From contig NIVC01000368.1 of assembly GCA_002269645.1 (NCBI GenBank), forward strand, positions 124,001-188,000: DNA of 64,000 bases, given 5' to 3'. Within the stretch, counting starts at the first letter, position 1. Each line of letters starts with the position of its first letter. This DNA is from Macrostomum lignano. Lineage: Eukaryota. This document shows positions 63,901 through 64,000 of this stretch, one piece after another. The notes under the pieces were generated by a model. That model saw only the letters and a list, made by a program, of their open reading frames with translations. It did no database searches and was not told the origin of the DNA. The position numbers and the translations under genes were made by a program.

Positions 63901-64000
63901 GCTCTGACAGAAAGCGAGACCCAGCCTGAATGTCTCGAATCTAGGACAAAGCTAATTGTCTCAGGTAGAGAAGTAGAAGCAGAAAAGGAGACAGGAAAGT
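60976..64000 (+). CDS. pol: Gypsy Pol (PR-RT-RNase H, acidic linker; integrase beyond the window), reached by -1 frameshift
   Basis: G GGA AAC slippery heptamer; protease FLLDTGA; RT LDLNSGYWQV...YIDD; RNase H LDTDAS...KELLA...RTDH...NADGLSR. Two mutually compensating 1-nt shifts in C-runs near 62165 and 62480. Confidence 0.93.

Overview
This is eukaryotic (metazoan, probably invertebrate) genomic DNA with spliceosomal introns, AT-rich spacers and GC-rich exons. About 29% of the window is tandem repeat, from more than 15 unrelated mini/microsatellite families. The style recalls free-living flatworm genomes such as Macrostomum, but the organism cannot be established from the sequence. Splice-aware reading recovers genes the ORF track misses or fragments: (1) an intron-containing DDE/CxxH-type transposase-like gene running off the left edge; (2) a multi-exon gene fusing a Macro domain to a RING and a Deltex C-terminal (DTC) domain; (3) a 4-TM claudin/PMP22-like gene; (4) an orphan, possibly secreted protein; (5) a TRH-receptor-like GPCR with a GC-AG intron; (6) an intronless orphan ORF with a C-terminal RING; (7) an ankyrin-repeat plus Ser/Thr kinase gene whose Gly-rich loop is split by a 698-bp MITE with an 8-bp TSD; (8) two Gln-rich coiled-coil ORFs. 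Mobile DNA comprises two CORE-like tRNA-derived SINEs, three TIR elements (698, 83 and 42 bp), a Gypsy integrase fragment, a decayed CsRn1-clade Gypsy element and a near-intact Gypsy element (LTR, doubled tRNA-Leu PBS, gag, -1 slippery site, pol) running off the right edge. Most long ORFs in the supplied track are artefacts of tandem repeats. All family assignments rest on motif recognition by eye; no database search was run.
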